A stretch of 64,000 nucleotides of DNA from a virus (lineage: Duplodnaviria; Caudoviricetes), in IMG/VR virus record IMGVR_UViG_3300031992_000011; one strand, given 5' to 3'. A program made the translations under genes and the position numbers. The notes beneath the pieces were generated by a model. That model was not told where the DNA came from. It ran no database searches and saw nothing but the letters and a program-made list of their open reading frames with translations. Position 1 is the first letter of the stretch, and every line of letters begins with the position of its first letter. Shown here piece after piece: positions 37,991 through 47,446 of this stretch.

Positions 37991-40005
37991 CACTTGTCCT
38001 TTTCAGCATTGATGACCGTGTCCATGATCAGTTCCTTACGCATCACCTTCTCGAACATGTCCTGCGAAACAGAGTCGGTGAACAGCTGATATATGCAGAG
38101 GGCATCCTTCTTCTGCGTTATGCGGTAGATTCGGTCCTGTGCCTGTTTGTTGTCAGCCGCCGACCAAGAGTACGAGTTGAAGATGAGATAACGCGCAGAG
38201 GTCAGCGTGAGGCCAAGCGACATGGCTGCCTCCTGACCAATGAACACCTTTGTCTTCTTGTCGGTCATAAAAGCGTTCTCCGCCTTGTCCTTCTGTTTCG
38301 GAGTCATCTTTCCGTCATAGGTCACGCACTTCTTGCCGAAGTGTTCCTTTAACTTCCTGATTTCTTCCGAAAAGTTGCACACGATGATGACTTTCTCCCC
38401 GTCTTCGAGAATGTCTTCTGCAAGTTCTATCGTGTGCGGCACCATTGCCTCGGCAAGATACTTCCGGACAAGTGTCCCCTCGATGAGTTGCTTGTACTCC
38501 TCGTTGCTCTCATCGCCGTTCTCCACCCTGGCGTTCACGTACTCGTCCCAAAGTCTGTCGTATTCCGACTTCTCTTCGGGGGTCAGGTCGTAATACCGTG
38601 AAGTTACGGTCTTGTTGACCATTCCCGGTATGTCGCGTGAGAGACGCCTGATGTAAAGATGCTTTATGGCTTCGCCGAGTTCCTCGAGATTTGACGACCC
38701 TTGCGGAATAGTCATTATCTTCGCGTTGTCCCGTATGAATGCCACGCAGTCACCTCTCATCGACCCGCTCATGGTGTCCCACGAGCAGTGGTTTTTCCTT
38801 TCGTAGACCGTGCGCCACTTCACCCAATCACCCGGTTTCATCATCTCCTTTCCGTCGCAGTAACGGTTCACATATCTCACATAATCCTGTGTCACCGGCG
38901 CATTGATGAGTCGCAGTATGTGATACAGGTTCATCGGCGTGTTTGTGAGCGGTGTACCTGACAAAAGGAACACATACTCGACACCGGTCTTTGAAAGAAA
39001 GTCGGAGATTACGGCGTAGCGTATTGACGTGTTGTTCGACAGTTTCTGTGCCTCGTCGATTATCACACAGTCGAATTTCGACTGGTAAAGCGGAGAGTTC
39101 GCCAACGCCTTCTGTATGGCGTCCTTTTTCCGTGTCTTGACCATCTTCGGTATCTCCTCGCCGGTCTTTTTGTCGACCTTAAATTCCGGTACCTTCAGTT
39201 TCTCGGTCTTACCGTCTTTCCCGACGATGATTTCTTCACGATACTTCTGCTCATAGGCCACCTCATAGTACCTCTGCACTATGTCGTAGTTTATGACGGT
39301 GAACAGTGATGTCTCTCCGTCCCATAACGACCCGCTTACGACCTTGCAGTCGGACTCGTCACTTGTGTAAAGCGCTATCTCGCGCCGCCATGTCGACTTA
39401 AGCGACGCTGTCGTTATCACAAGTATGCGTTTCGCTCCGCTCTCGAGCGCGGCGACAACGGCTTGACTTGTCTTTCCGAGTCCGGGTTCGTCAGCAAGGA
39501 TGCATCGCTTGTTCGTCAACAAGAACTTCACGCCGTCGCGCTGATGCTCCTTCAGTTTTCTCCCCGGTGTCATCGAGTCGTACTTGTCAAAGTCCACCTC
39601 CAACGACTTGTAGTCTGAATTGTCGTTCAGGTCGGTGAGAATGAACCTTTTGCCTATAAACATCAGTTGTGGCGGAACTGACTTGCGGTACTGAGCGTAG
39701 CAGTGATAACTTCCTCCCATCTCCCCGATGATGCTTGCGAGCCATAATTTTACCGGTGTAAAGTCGAGGTTGAATTTGCTGCGCATCTGCTCCCCGTAGT
39801 CGCCTGACAATCTCACAAGTTTATTGACATCGCGTCTACTGTAGTTCGCATTGCTGATGATGTACTCCGTGTTGAAATCACCTTCAGCGAGCAAGAGGCG
39901 ACCACTCTCATACATACGCTTGAAACGAAGAATATACTCGTTACTGCCTGTGTATGAGCGTAATATTGAATACGCTTTGGTTATGTCACTCTCTTTTTTC
40001 GCCAT
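37990..40005 (-). CDS. SNF2-family helicase/ATPase
   Basis: ILADEPGLGKT, IIDEAQ, LSGTPLTN, GLTLT and QAQDRIYRITQ. Start at MAKKES. Confidence 0.92.
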   Translation of the reverse strand: MAKKESDITKAYSILRSYTGSNEYILRFKRMYESGRLLLAEGDFNTEYIISNANYSRRDVNKLVRLSGDYGEQMRSKFNLDFTPVKLWLASIIGEMGGSYHCYAQYRKSVPPQLMFIGKRFILTDLNDNSDYKSLEVDFDKYDSMTPGRKLKEHQRDGVKFLLTNKRCILADEPGLGKTSQAVVAALESGAKRILVITTASLKSTWRREIALYTSDESDCKVVSGSLWDGETSLFTVINYDIVQRYYEVAYEQKYREEIIVGKDGKTEKLKVPEFKVDKKTGEEIPKMVKTRKKDAIQKALANSPLYQSKFDCVIIDEAQKLSNNTSIRYAVISDFLSKTGVEYVFLLSGTPLTNTPMNLYHILRLINAPVTQDYVRYVNRYCDGKEMMKPGDWVKWRTVYERKNHCSWDTMSGSMRGDCVAFIRDNAKIMTIPQGSSNLEELGEAIKHLYIRRLSRDIPGMVNKTVTSRYYDLTPEEKSEYDRLWDEYVNARVENGDESNEEYKQLIEGTLVRKYLAEAMVPHTIELAEDILEDGEKVIIVCNFSEEIRKLKEHFGKKCVTYDGKMTPKQKDKAENAFMTDKKTKVFIGQEAAMSLGLTLTSARYLIFNSYSWSAADNKQAQDRIYRITQKKDALCIYQLFTDSVSQDMFEKVMRKELIMDTVINAEKDK

Positions 40006-40025
40006 ATTGAAAACGGTTTCGACCG

Positions 40026-40057
40026 CAAAAGTAATACATACCGGCCAAATGTCCAAA
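40026..40057 (-). promoter_or_regulatory. Bacteroidota housekeeping-type promoter for the helicase operon
   Basis: TTTG-N20-TACTTTTG. Confidence 0.75.
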
Positions 40058-40120
40058 AAATCAAGTGCTTTCTTTAGATTTTTTAACTTTCTTGTTCCAA
40101 CGGAAGTATATTTACCTGTG

Positions 40121-41392
40121 ATGGAAAACAACGGAACATATGTGATATTCACGGCGCAGAACGTGGACGATCCGGCGGAACTCATGCGCCGCTATCCGAG
40201 CGCGCTGCCGAACAAATACTATCATCACTCGACGAACCGTTTCGGCAGGCAGCCTTTTGACGACCGCGAGGGAGAACCGATGCGGTTGCACATAACAGGG
40301 AGGCTCGTAACAGACAGAGTGGACGCTCTTGTCGTGGACAATCCTAACAGTGACAACGAAATACCGCACATAACGCTCGCAACCGCTGACGGAGTGAAAC
40401 CTTTCGCCAGCAACGCGGAACTCAAGGCGCACTATGCGGACATAGAACCGCTTGACGACTATGTGGACACAACATTCCGCAACAACATGTCGCGCAGCAG
40501 AAAAAATGAATCATTCCTTCGTCCGTCGATGCCGTTGAACGAGAAAAAGGGGGGTCACAACTACGCAGGACGCGACGACGAGTTCTACACGCGTCCGGAA
40601 GACATCGAACGGGAGTTGTCAAACTATGACCTCAGCGGAAAGGTCGTGTACTGCAACTGCGACGTCCCTTCAATGTCGGAATTTTACAAGTTCTTCAAGA
40701 ACAACTATGACTCCCTGAGATTAAGTGGACTTGTCGCCACCTACTACTCCGACACTCCATGTATGTACTGGTTCAACGGAGACTCTGAAAGGAAAATTCC
40801 GATAAAATCGGGACGCTTCCAAGACAATGAAAGGATTATGCGGATGTGTGACGTGGTGGTCACAAACCCGCCTTTCTCAGATTCAATGCCACATCAACTT
40901 GTGAATATGGCAAGGAAAATGGGTAAAGATGTAATCATTGTTGGGCCGTTGGACATGGCGCGGAGGAACGACATGTTCGAATTGGTAAAAAGCGGAAAAC
41001 TTAACTACGGACACAGTCCCATAAACAGATACAGAAGAGACGGAGAAAAATCACGGACAGCGCCGACCGCTTGGTGGACCACATTTCCGGTTGAACGCGG
41101 AAATTATTCCACAGGAAAGTCATACAATCCTTCAAGATACAGAAAATACGACAATTATGACGCTATCGAGTGTCCGCGTTACAGTGATTTACCTGACGAT
41201 TATGACGGAAAAATAGGGGTTCCTTGGAGGTTTCTCGGAAAACTTGACAGGCGCCAATATGATGTCGTAGACAAGATAAGGCCAAGACTTGACGGCAAGA
41301 ATCTGGATACAAGACTGATAATCCAACGGAAGAGCGTCACCGAAGCGCTTGTCAGAAGGATAACTGAAATGATAATGAGGAAACTTTTTTGA
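40121..41392 (+). CDS. Fusion of a 2H phosphoesterase-like domain and an EcoRI-family adenine methyltransferase
   Basis: N-terminal HHST...PHITLA, then DEFYT..DIE.EL, GKVVYCNCD, VVTNPPFS, KYDNYDAI and PDDYDGKIGVP; TATTTA at 40109-40114. Confidence 0.75.
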   Translation: MENNGTYVIFTAQNVDDPAELMRRYPSALPNKYYHHSTNRFGRQPFDDREGEPMRLHITGRLVTDRVDALVVDNPNSDNEIPHITLATADGVKPFASNAELKAHYADIEPLDDYVDTTFRNNMSRSRKNESFLRPSMPLNEKKGGHNYAGRDDEFYTRPEDIERELSNYDLSGKVVYCNCDVPSMSEFYKFFKNNYDSLRLSGLVATYYSDTPCMYWFNGDSERKIPIKSGRFQDNERIMRMCDVVVTNPPFSDSMPHQLVNMARKMGKDVIIVGPLDMARRNDMFELVKSGKLNYGHSPINRYRRDGEKSRTAPTAWWTTFPVERGNYSTGKSYNPSRYRKYDNYDAIECPRYSDLPDDYDGKIGVPWRFLGKLDRRQYDVVDKIRPRLDGKNLDTRLIIQRKSVTEALVRRITEMIMRKLF

Positions 41393-41395
41393 CAC

Positions 41396-41914
41396 ATGCC
41401 GGGCAACTTCAGGACACCTATCGAACGGAACAACTTGTTCTATTCGGACGAGGATTTCGATTTCGAGACCGACATATTGATGGACTACCTTGAGGAGGAC
41501 ACGAACCAGACCGTCGTCGTGTACGAGGTGGACGCTTCGACAACGACAGTCAACTCGACATACAAGGAGACGAACGGCGTTAGGTACAAGCCGCCGAAAG
41601 AGATTCCATGCCTGTTTGAAATCAAGGAATCCGAGATAAAGTCCTATGACAGCAAGAGCAGCAACGCGGTGTACTCAATCGGAGGGTCGCTGACCGTGTA
41701 TGTCATGCCGAAGGTGCTCGAGAAATACAAGTGCGACATCAAGAGGGGCGACTATATAGGGGTTCAGATAGACACCGACCGTATGGTGTACTATGCGGTC
41801 GTGAATGACGGAAAGGTTAACACGGCGAACTCGAACTACGTCGGCGCTTACAAGACCGCGTGGAGGATAGTGACCTGCAGCCCGGTGGACAATAATGAAT
41901 TCAACGGAAAGTGA
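41396..41914 (+). CDS. Neck/head-closure protein (gp14-like, tentative)
   Basis: Size and position before the tail-completion and sheath genes; VVVYEVD...YKE...PPKEIPC...DIKRGDYIG. Confidence 0.5.
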   Translation: MPGNFRTPIERNNLFYSDEDFDFETDILMDYLEEDTNQTVVVYEVDASTTTVNSTYKETNGVRYKPPKEIPCLFEIKESEIKSYDSKSSNAVYSIGGSLTVYVMPKVLEKYKCDIKRGDYIGVQIDTDRMVYYAVVNDGKVNTANSNYVGAYKTAWRIVTCSPVDNNEFNGK

Positions 41915-41916
41915 CG

Positions 41917-43038
41917 ATGGGAAGAAGACAGCCGAAACAGAGAATAACGACACCGAGGTACAAAGACCGCTCGGAAGGCGTGGAGCGGAGGATGTCATAC
42001 GCCAAGACCATACTTGACAAAGAGCCGGAGTTTCCGAAACCGCTCGAGTATGAGGACATAGACGCTGCATTCACCGAATTCGCCGAAAAAGTTGTGGACC
42101 TGACCGACCCGGACGGGAAAAAAGTCCCGACATTCACACTGTACAGCAACCAGAGGTTCAGCGAGTACTCGCAGACTTGGGAGCACACAGACCAAGACGG
42201 AAACCTTCTCATGAACTTCAAGACAGTCAACCGAATGGGCAATCCCGGACCCGGCAGGAACCAGGAGGGACACTGGAACATACCCGGAGACAGAAGGTAT
42301 ACCCTCCTCATGCGGAACGTGCTCAGTGACAACGGTACTGAACACGTCGAGGTGTACTCGATGAAGCAGCCTTACGCAGTTGACATGTCATACAGGATAA
42401 CGTTCGTCACAAACACCTATGAGATGCTTAACCGCTTCAATGAGAGGGTGAATGAGATGTTCAAGTCCAGACAGTGCTACATACGCCCGAACGGACATTT
42501 TGTGCCAATGGTTCTCGACGAAATGACTGACGAGACACAGTACACGGTCGAGGACAGGAAATTCTTCACACAGTCAGCCAACATCACAGTGATGGCATAT
42601 ATCATACACGCCAAGGACTTCGAGGTGAAGAAATACGCAAAACGAGTGAAGATGCACGACAGTGTGGAGAAAGGGAAAGTGGTCGTGGACATAGACGAAC
42701 CGCTGTCCGTTTCCGATTTCCAGCAGGTCGAGATGAACATATCATTCAGCGTAGGCGAGACAAACGTGACATTTGACATGTCAGGAGAACTCGCAGTCAC
42801 CGGCGGAAGGCGTGAGAATATACGGGACTTGAGAGTCTCCATCAACGGAACACCCATGTATGTCGACAAGGGTTTCCGCATGAACGACGGAGACACTGTG
42901 AGAATGCGAATCTTTCCGGTGGACTACACAAAACCGTCGAAAGTCACGCTCATTGGACACGACCCGACATCAATTCCGAATGAGGCGGAGGACGTTTCTG
43001 CCAGTGTTCCATTAGTGACAAGCGTCAATGTTGACTAA
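41917..43038 (+). CDS. Tail completion/terminator-like structural protein (tentative)
   Basis: Position between the neck and sheath genes. Confidence 0.45.
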   Translation: MGRRQPKQRITTPRYKDRSEGVERRMSYAKTILDKEPEFPKPLEYEDIDAAFTEFAEKVVDLTDPDGKKVPTFTLYSNQRFSEYSQTWEHTDQDGNLLMNFKTVNRMGNPGPGRNQEGHWNIPGDRRYTLLMRNVLSDNGTEHVEVYSMKQPYAVDMSYRITFVTNTYEMLNRFNERVNEMFKSRQCYIRPNGHFVPMVLDEMTDETQYTVEDRKFFTQSANITVMAYIIHAKDFEVKKYAKRVKMHDSVEKGKVVVDIDEPLSVSDFQQVEMNISFSVGETNVTFDMSGELAVTGGRRENIRDLRVSINGTPMYVDKGFRMNDGDTVRMRIFPVDYTKPSKVTLIGHDPTSIPNEAEDVSASVPLVTSVNVD

Positions 43039-43070
43039 TCATACGTTTCAACTTAATTTTTAGGTTGTGG

Positions 43071-43209
43071 CGGGGCCCCTGTACATAATGTCTCTCATCA
43101 TGGGCCCGCGGCCCCTATGATAATGTCTCCTGTAGATTATTTTTTTATTAAAAAATAAATGTCTCATAGGGGCCCAAAGAAAAAAGAAATATATAAAGAA
43201 AAAAGAAAG
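43071..43209. other. Non-coding repeat/cruciform region; candidate replication origin or packaging site
   Basis: Three AATGTCTC; two GGCCCCT-N4/5-TAATGTCTC; an 11-bp inverted repeat enclosing an AT hairpin; AAAGAAAAAAGAAA twice around TATAT. Confidence 0.45.
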
Positions 43210-43220
43210 GGTACTGTGGA

Positions 43221-43565
43221 ATGAAAAGTGTGACCATGACGCTGATGGAACTTATGAAGGTTTCTGATGCGATGACCGAACTCATAGAGTGCGAGGAGAA
43301 ATTCCCGATAGGGGTCGCTTATCGACTTGCGCGCATAAACTCAATCGTCAAGGAAGCGGAGTCGTTCACCATGGACCGGTTCGGAAAAGTTGTCGACCTG
43401 AACAAGGAGAATCTCACCGACGACGAACGTGACATCGTTGACGCTCTTATGGCAACGCAAATACGCATAGACGTTCCTGACATCACAGAGTCCGAGATTC
43501 TGTCCGGCGAAGGTGTAAATATCAGCATAGGCGATATCGCGAGCCTTTTGCCGCTCATGTCGTGA
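43221..43565 (+). CDS. Hypothetical protein (114 aa)
   Basis: ORF upstream of the sheath gene. Confidence 0.7.
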   Translation: MKSVTMTLMELMKVSDAMTELIECEEKFPIGVAYRLARINSIVKEAESFTMDRFGKVVDLNKENLTDDERDIVDALMATQIRIDVPDITESEILSGEGVNISIGDIASLLPLMS

Positions 43566-43619
43566 CTTACCTCGCTATTTATTTAGAAATAACAGCAATT
43601 AAAGATTTATCAACAAGAT

Positions 43620-46600
43620 ATGGGAAACAACAACAGCGCAAGACAGACGCATGTCAGCCCGGGTGTCTACACCAAGGAGACTGATTTGACTTATGCGTCA
43701 AAATCGCTTGGGATTACCACTCTTGGTGTGGCCGGCGAGACTGTGAAAGGTCCAGCCTTCCAACCGATGATGGTCGAGAATTGGCGCGAATTCCAACGCT
43801 TGTTCGGAGGTACCGACGCCTCTAAGTTCAGAGGCAGCCAGTATCCGAAGTACGAGTTGCCTTATATCGCGCAGTCATACCTCAAGCAGTCGAACCAGAT
43901 GTACGTGTGCCGAGTGCTCGGACTTTCTGGTGTCAACGCCGGACCTGCGTGGATAGTTTCTGCTGCAGCAAACGCAATCAAGACAAAGGACTACGACAAG
44001 ACGGTCATCTCAGTCATCCGCTCAAGAGGAGAACACGAGAAAGCCCACAAGGTGAAAGACGCTAATCCGGAGCAGGGAATATGCGAAGACGTTTATCAGT
44101 TCGACGGCATCAAGTATTATGCGAAGGATGTCATGCTGATACCGAGCGCCGACCTCACATACAACGACGGATGTAATGACTCATTCGATTCGAAGACGGG
44201 TGATTTCACTGTGGACGCGATGAATTATGGGCGTTTCACTATCCTTGTCCTTGTCGACGACAGCGAGGAATCGAAGACAAAGTGGGAAAACTACAAGATT
44301 AACGCCAAAACAATGCTCGACGATTCGTCGACAACCGAGGAACAGTGGGCACAGTTCAGGGATACAGTGTCCAAAGACGAGATTGTCTCAGTCTACTCAG
44401 TATCACTCAATCCGGGCGAGAAAAACTATATCCTCAATATTCTTGGAGGGGATCCCGAGAACGGTGACGCGGAGATTTATGTCGAGGAGCTCTACGACGT
44501 TGCGCTCAAGCAGCTCATCGAGGGCGGCGACATTGACGCAATCAACCACGAGCTCGTCCATTTCGAGAACAGGAACATCATACCGAAGTACAAGGCGGTC
44601 AATGACGTATTGACCGAGATTGAGGACACTCTCACAAGAAAGGACATCGGCAAGAGATTCCTTTATGTCGGAGCGCTTTCGGTCGACGAGGACGGAAAAC
44701 CTATACCTGTCCACAAGACCACGGACAACGGTGTGACGTACACGGAATGCGCAGGACAGGAGGGTGGAATATACAAAGTTGTCGCATACACAAAGGACAA
44801 CGGCACCAGGGAATATTACTACGTGCTCAGCCAAGACAAGGGAAAACAAGACGAGATACTTGGCGACTATGAGCAGCATCTCGAGAACAAAGACAACCCC
44901 GGAGTCTTTGAGGAGGCGGTAAGGTCCATGTCCGACAACACATACTACGTGATGGCGAAAGACAAGGACAACAATCTCAAGGTGACGGCGATAACCATCG
45001 ACATGAACAACTACAAGGAGGAATACCGATATGCATCGACACCTTGGATTGTGTCCGAACTGAAAGGTTCGGCTAACTATGTAGAACTGAAGACACTGTT
45101 CAGGTTCCACACCATTTCTGACGGAAACATGTCCAACACAGAGGTCAAGGTGTCAATCGAGAACATCAACCCGACATACGGAACTTTTGACGTTGTTGTC
45201 AGGGACTTCTACGACACAGACGCGTCGCCTGTCGTGTATGAGAGATTCCGCGGCGTCAACCTCGTGCCTGGCGACAAGAACTACATCGCCATGAGGATCG
45301 GATCGTCGGACGAGAAATATGTGACAGTCTCTTCTTACATCACTGTCGAAGTGAACGAGAACGACGTGACCAAGACTTCAATACCGGCCGGTTTCCTCGG
45401 TTATCCAGTCAGAAATTATGCCGGATTCGGACTCTACAAGTCGGAATTCAGCGACGGCGAGAAGCTGAAGAACCCGTATCTGAGGTACAACACCAACGTG
45501 GACGACGACATCCGCATCGGAAAGCAGTACTTTGGACTTTCTGACCTCACCGGAATTGACGAGGACGTGCTTAAGTACAAAGGGTTTGAGGCATACAACG
45601 GAATCCCGACCGGTTACACGCCCGGTTTCCACCTCGACTCACGAATTTTCAGCGGAAAACCGGACGAGAACGGTGTCGTCGAGCTGGATGGCATCAAGCA
45701 GACCGTCACGGTCGACGGTGTCGCCGGATACGAGTGGGTGACAGTCGGCGCCGGCAATGTGACCGCTTTCGGTGAAGAACCGAGAATTGGCACTGACGAC
45801 GTGATGATGAACACAATCTACGAGGACAAGCGCTACCGCAAGTTCACGCTTGCATTCTACGGAGGATGGGACGGATGGGACTATTACCGCACGGCACGAA
45901 GCAACGGTGACGAGTTCAAATATCTCCGATACAAGGGGAACATCAATCTCGAAAGCGGCGAAGGCGACAACTTCAGCGTCATAAGAGAACCTGAACTCTA
46001 CAACTTTGACAAGGACGAGAAGGTGATCAACTCAGACTGGTACGCCTACATGTCGGCAATCAGGGCATTCGCAAACCCGAGAGACTATGACATCAACGTG
46101 TTCGCCACACCGGGTATCGACTATGTCAACAACAATTCGCTCGTCGGCGAGACAATCACGATGATTGAAGAAGAGAGGGCTGACTCGATATACGTCGTCA
46201 CCACGCCAGACAAACCGTTCGGCGCAAGCGACTCGCGTGCCGACATGTACAGTCCTTCGGACGCAGTCGACAATCTCGAGGATTCGGAGATAGACAGCAA
46301 CTACGCGTGCACGTACTACCCGTGGGTCAAATACTTCGATCCTGACAACTCTGTCTACCTGTACTTGCCGCCGACAAGGGACGTCGTGAAGAACATGGCA
46401 CTCACGGACAACACAAGGTTCCCGTGGTTCCCTGCCGCAGGATGGAACAGGGGCGATTTGGACACGACCGCAGTCAGTCCGAAGATGTCACTGAAACTGA
46501 AGGAGCAGGATGAACTCTATGCAGGACGCATCAACTTCATCAACAAGTTCGCACAGGACGGAATGAAGATTTGGGGCGACAACAACCTTCAGGTCGTCGA

Positions 46601-46922
46601 GAGCCAGCTGAACAAGATTTCGAAACGCAGGCTGTTGCTGCACATACGCAAACTCTGCGCAATCGCAGGAATCGGACTCATTTTCGACCCGAACGACAAC
46701 ACGACCAAGCAGTCATTCGAGAGTGCGGTCAAACCGATACTTGACAATGTCCTCAGCAACAGGGGCATCATTGATTGGAGACTTGAGATTGACGACAGCC
46801 AGGAGGCAAGGGACAGACTGGAACTTCCTTGCAAGATATATCTCAAACTCACCCCGAATTTGGAATATATCACAATCGACTTCATTGTCACTCCGAGCGG
46901 TGTTTCGTTCGACGACATTTGA
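43620..46922 (+). CDS. Contractile tail sheath protein (1100 aa)
   Basis: VSPGVYTKETDLT, GETVKGPAF.P, YYPWV, WFPAAG..RG, IWG..NLQ...LNKI..RRLL and LEYITIDF; TATTTA at 43576-43581. Confidence 0.95.
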   Translation: MGNNNSARQTHVSPGVYTKETDLTYASKSLGITTLGVAGETVKGPAFQPMMVENWREFQRLFGGTDASKFRGSQYPKYELPYIAQSYLKQSNQMYVCRVLGLSGVNAGPAWIVSAAANAIKTKDYDKTVISVIRSRGEHEKAHKVKDANPEQGICEDVYQFDGIKYYAKDVMLIPSADLTYNDGCNDSFDSKTGDFTVDAMNYGRFTILVLVDDSEESKTKWENYKINAKTMLDDSSTTEEQWAQFRDTVSKDEIVSVYSVSLNPGEKNYILNILGGDPENGDAEIYVEELYDVALKQLIEGGDIDAINHELVHFENRNIIPKYKAVNDVLTEIEDTLTRKDIGKRFLYVGALSVDEDGKPIPVHKTTDNGVTYTECAGQEGGIYKVVAYTKDNGTREYYYVLSQDKGKQDEILGDYEQHLENKDNPGVFEEAVRSMSDNTYYVMAKDKDNNLKVTAITIDMNNYKEEYRYASTPWIVSELKGSANYVELKTLFRFHTISDGNMSNTEVKVSIENINPTYGTFDVVVRDFYDTDASPVVYERFRGVNLVPGDKNYIAMRIGSSDEKYVTVSSYITVEVNENDVTKTSIPAGFLGYPVRNYAGFGLYKSEFSDGEKLKNPYLRYNTNVDDDIRIGKQYFGLSDLTGIDEDVLKYKGFEAYNGIPTGYTPGFHLDSRIFSGKPDENGVVELDGIKQTVTVDGVAGYEWVTVGAGNVTAFGEEPRIGTDDVMMNTIYEDKRYRKFTLAFYGGWDGWDYYRTARSNGDEFKYLRYKGNINLESGEGDNFSVIREPELYNFDKDEKVINSDWYAYMSAIRAFANPRDYDINVFATPGIDYVNNNSLVGETITMIEEERADSIYVVTTPDKPFGASDSRADMYSPSDAVDNLEDSEIDSNYACTYYPWVKYFDPDNSVYLYLPPTRDVVKNMALTDNTRFPWFPAAGWNRGDLDTTAVSPKMSLKLKEQDELYAGRINFINKFAQDGMKIWGDNNLQVVESQLNKISKRRLLLHIRKLCAIAGIGLIFDPNDNTTKQSFESAVKPILDNVLSNRGIIDWRLEIDDSQEARDRLELPCKIYLKLTPNLEYITIDFIVTPSGVSFDDI

Positions 46923-46947
46923 TATCGTACAAACGGAAAAAAGAAAG

Positions 46948-46984
46948 AAAATTGACGGGTGACGAATGTCATCCGTCAATTTTT
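46948..46984 (+). terminator. Intrinsic terminator after the sheath gene
   Basis: AAAATTGACGGGTGAC-GAAT-GTCATCCGTCAATTTT. Confidence 0.85.
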
Positions 46985-47061
46985 GTGACGTGATGGACTG
47001 TTTATTGGGAAAATGACAAAGAACGAACATAAAAAATAGCAGGGTCAACAGATATATAGAC

Positions 47062-47094
47062 AAAAAAAGGTCGGATGAAAACACATCCGACCTT
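47062..47094 (-). terminator. Intrinsic terminator of the small membrane gene
   Basis: AAGGTCGGATG-N6-CATCCGACCTT with a T-tract on the minus strand. Confidence 0.8.
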
Positions 47095-47124
47095 CTGTTT
47101 TTTGTGATTCACGCTTATCGTCTA

Positions 47125-47379
47125 TCAACCCTTCGCCAGGAACATGATTCCACCGAATGCACCACCGGCAATAGCGCCGATAAGTTCGACGATAATGTAT
47201 TTCAGTCTGTCGCTTGTCCACTCTTCACGTCCCCACTCATAAGACCCGACAGTAGCGACACCTGTGTAGATACCAGCTACGATGGCAGCGCCAACAGACT
47301 GGCCGATGAGGAAAGTCAGGATTCCGCACACTATAGCGATAAGAGCCGGAACCAGGAATTTAAACAAATAATCCATCAT
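47125..47379 (-). CDS. Small membrane protein, about 3 TM segments (84 aa)
   Basis: Hydrophobic; own promoter (47412-47441) and terminator. Confidence 0.75.
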   Translation of the reverse strand: MMDYLFKFLVPALIAIVCGILTFLIGQSVGAAIVAGIYTGVATVGSYEWGREEWTSDRLKYIIVELIGAIAGGAFGGIMFLAKG

Positions 47380-47446
47380 TGTTTTAGAAAAAATTAAAAA
47401 TTATCATAGTGAATATAGTGACCGTCCGCAATGGTTGTCAACAGCA

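Noticed and set aside
39080-39270. Insertion in the SNF2 helicase before motif II as an intein
   Set aside because: Only about 55 aa, Lys-rich, with no C/S...HN splice motifs; more likely a loop insertion.
47010-47050. Antisense promoter pointing at the sheath 3' end
   Set aside because: GTTGAC is present, but the downstream box (GTTCTTTG) fits neither TAnnTTTG nor YAnnTT at the fixed spacing.
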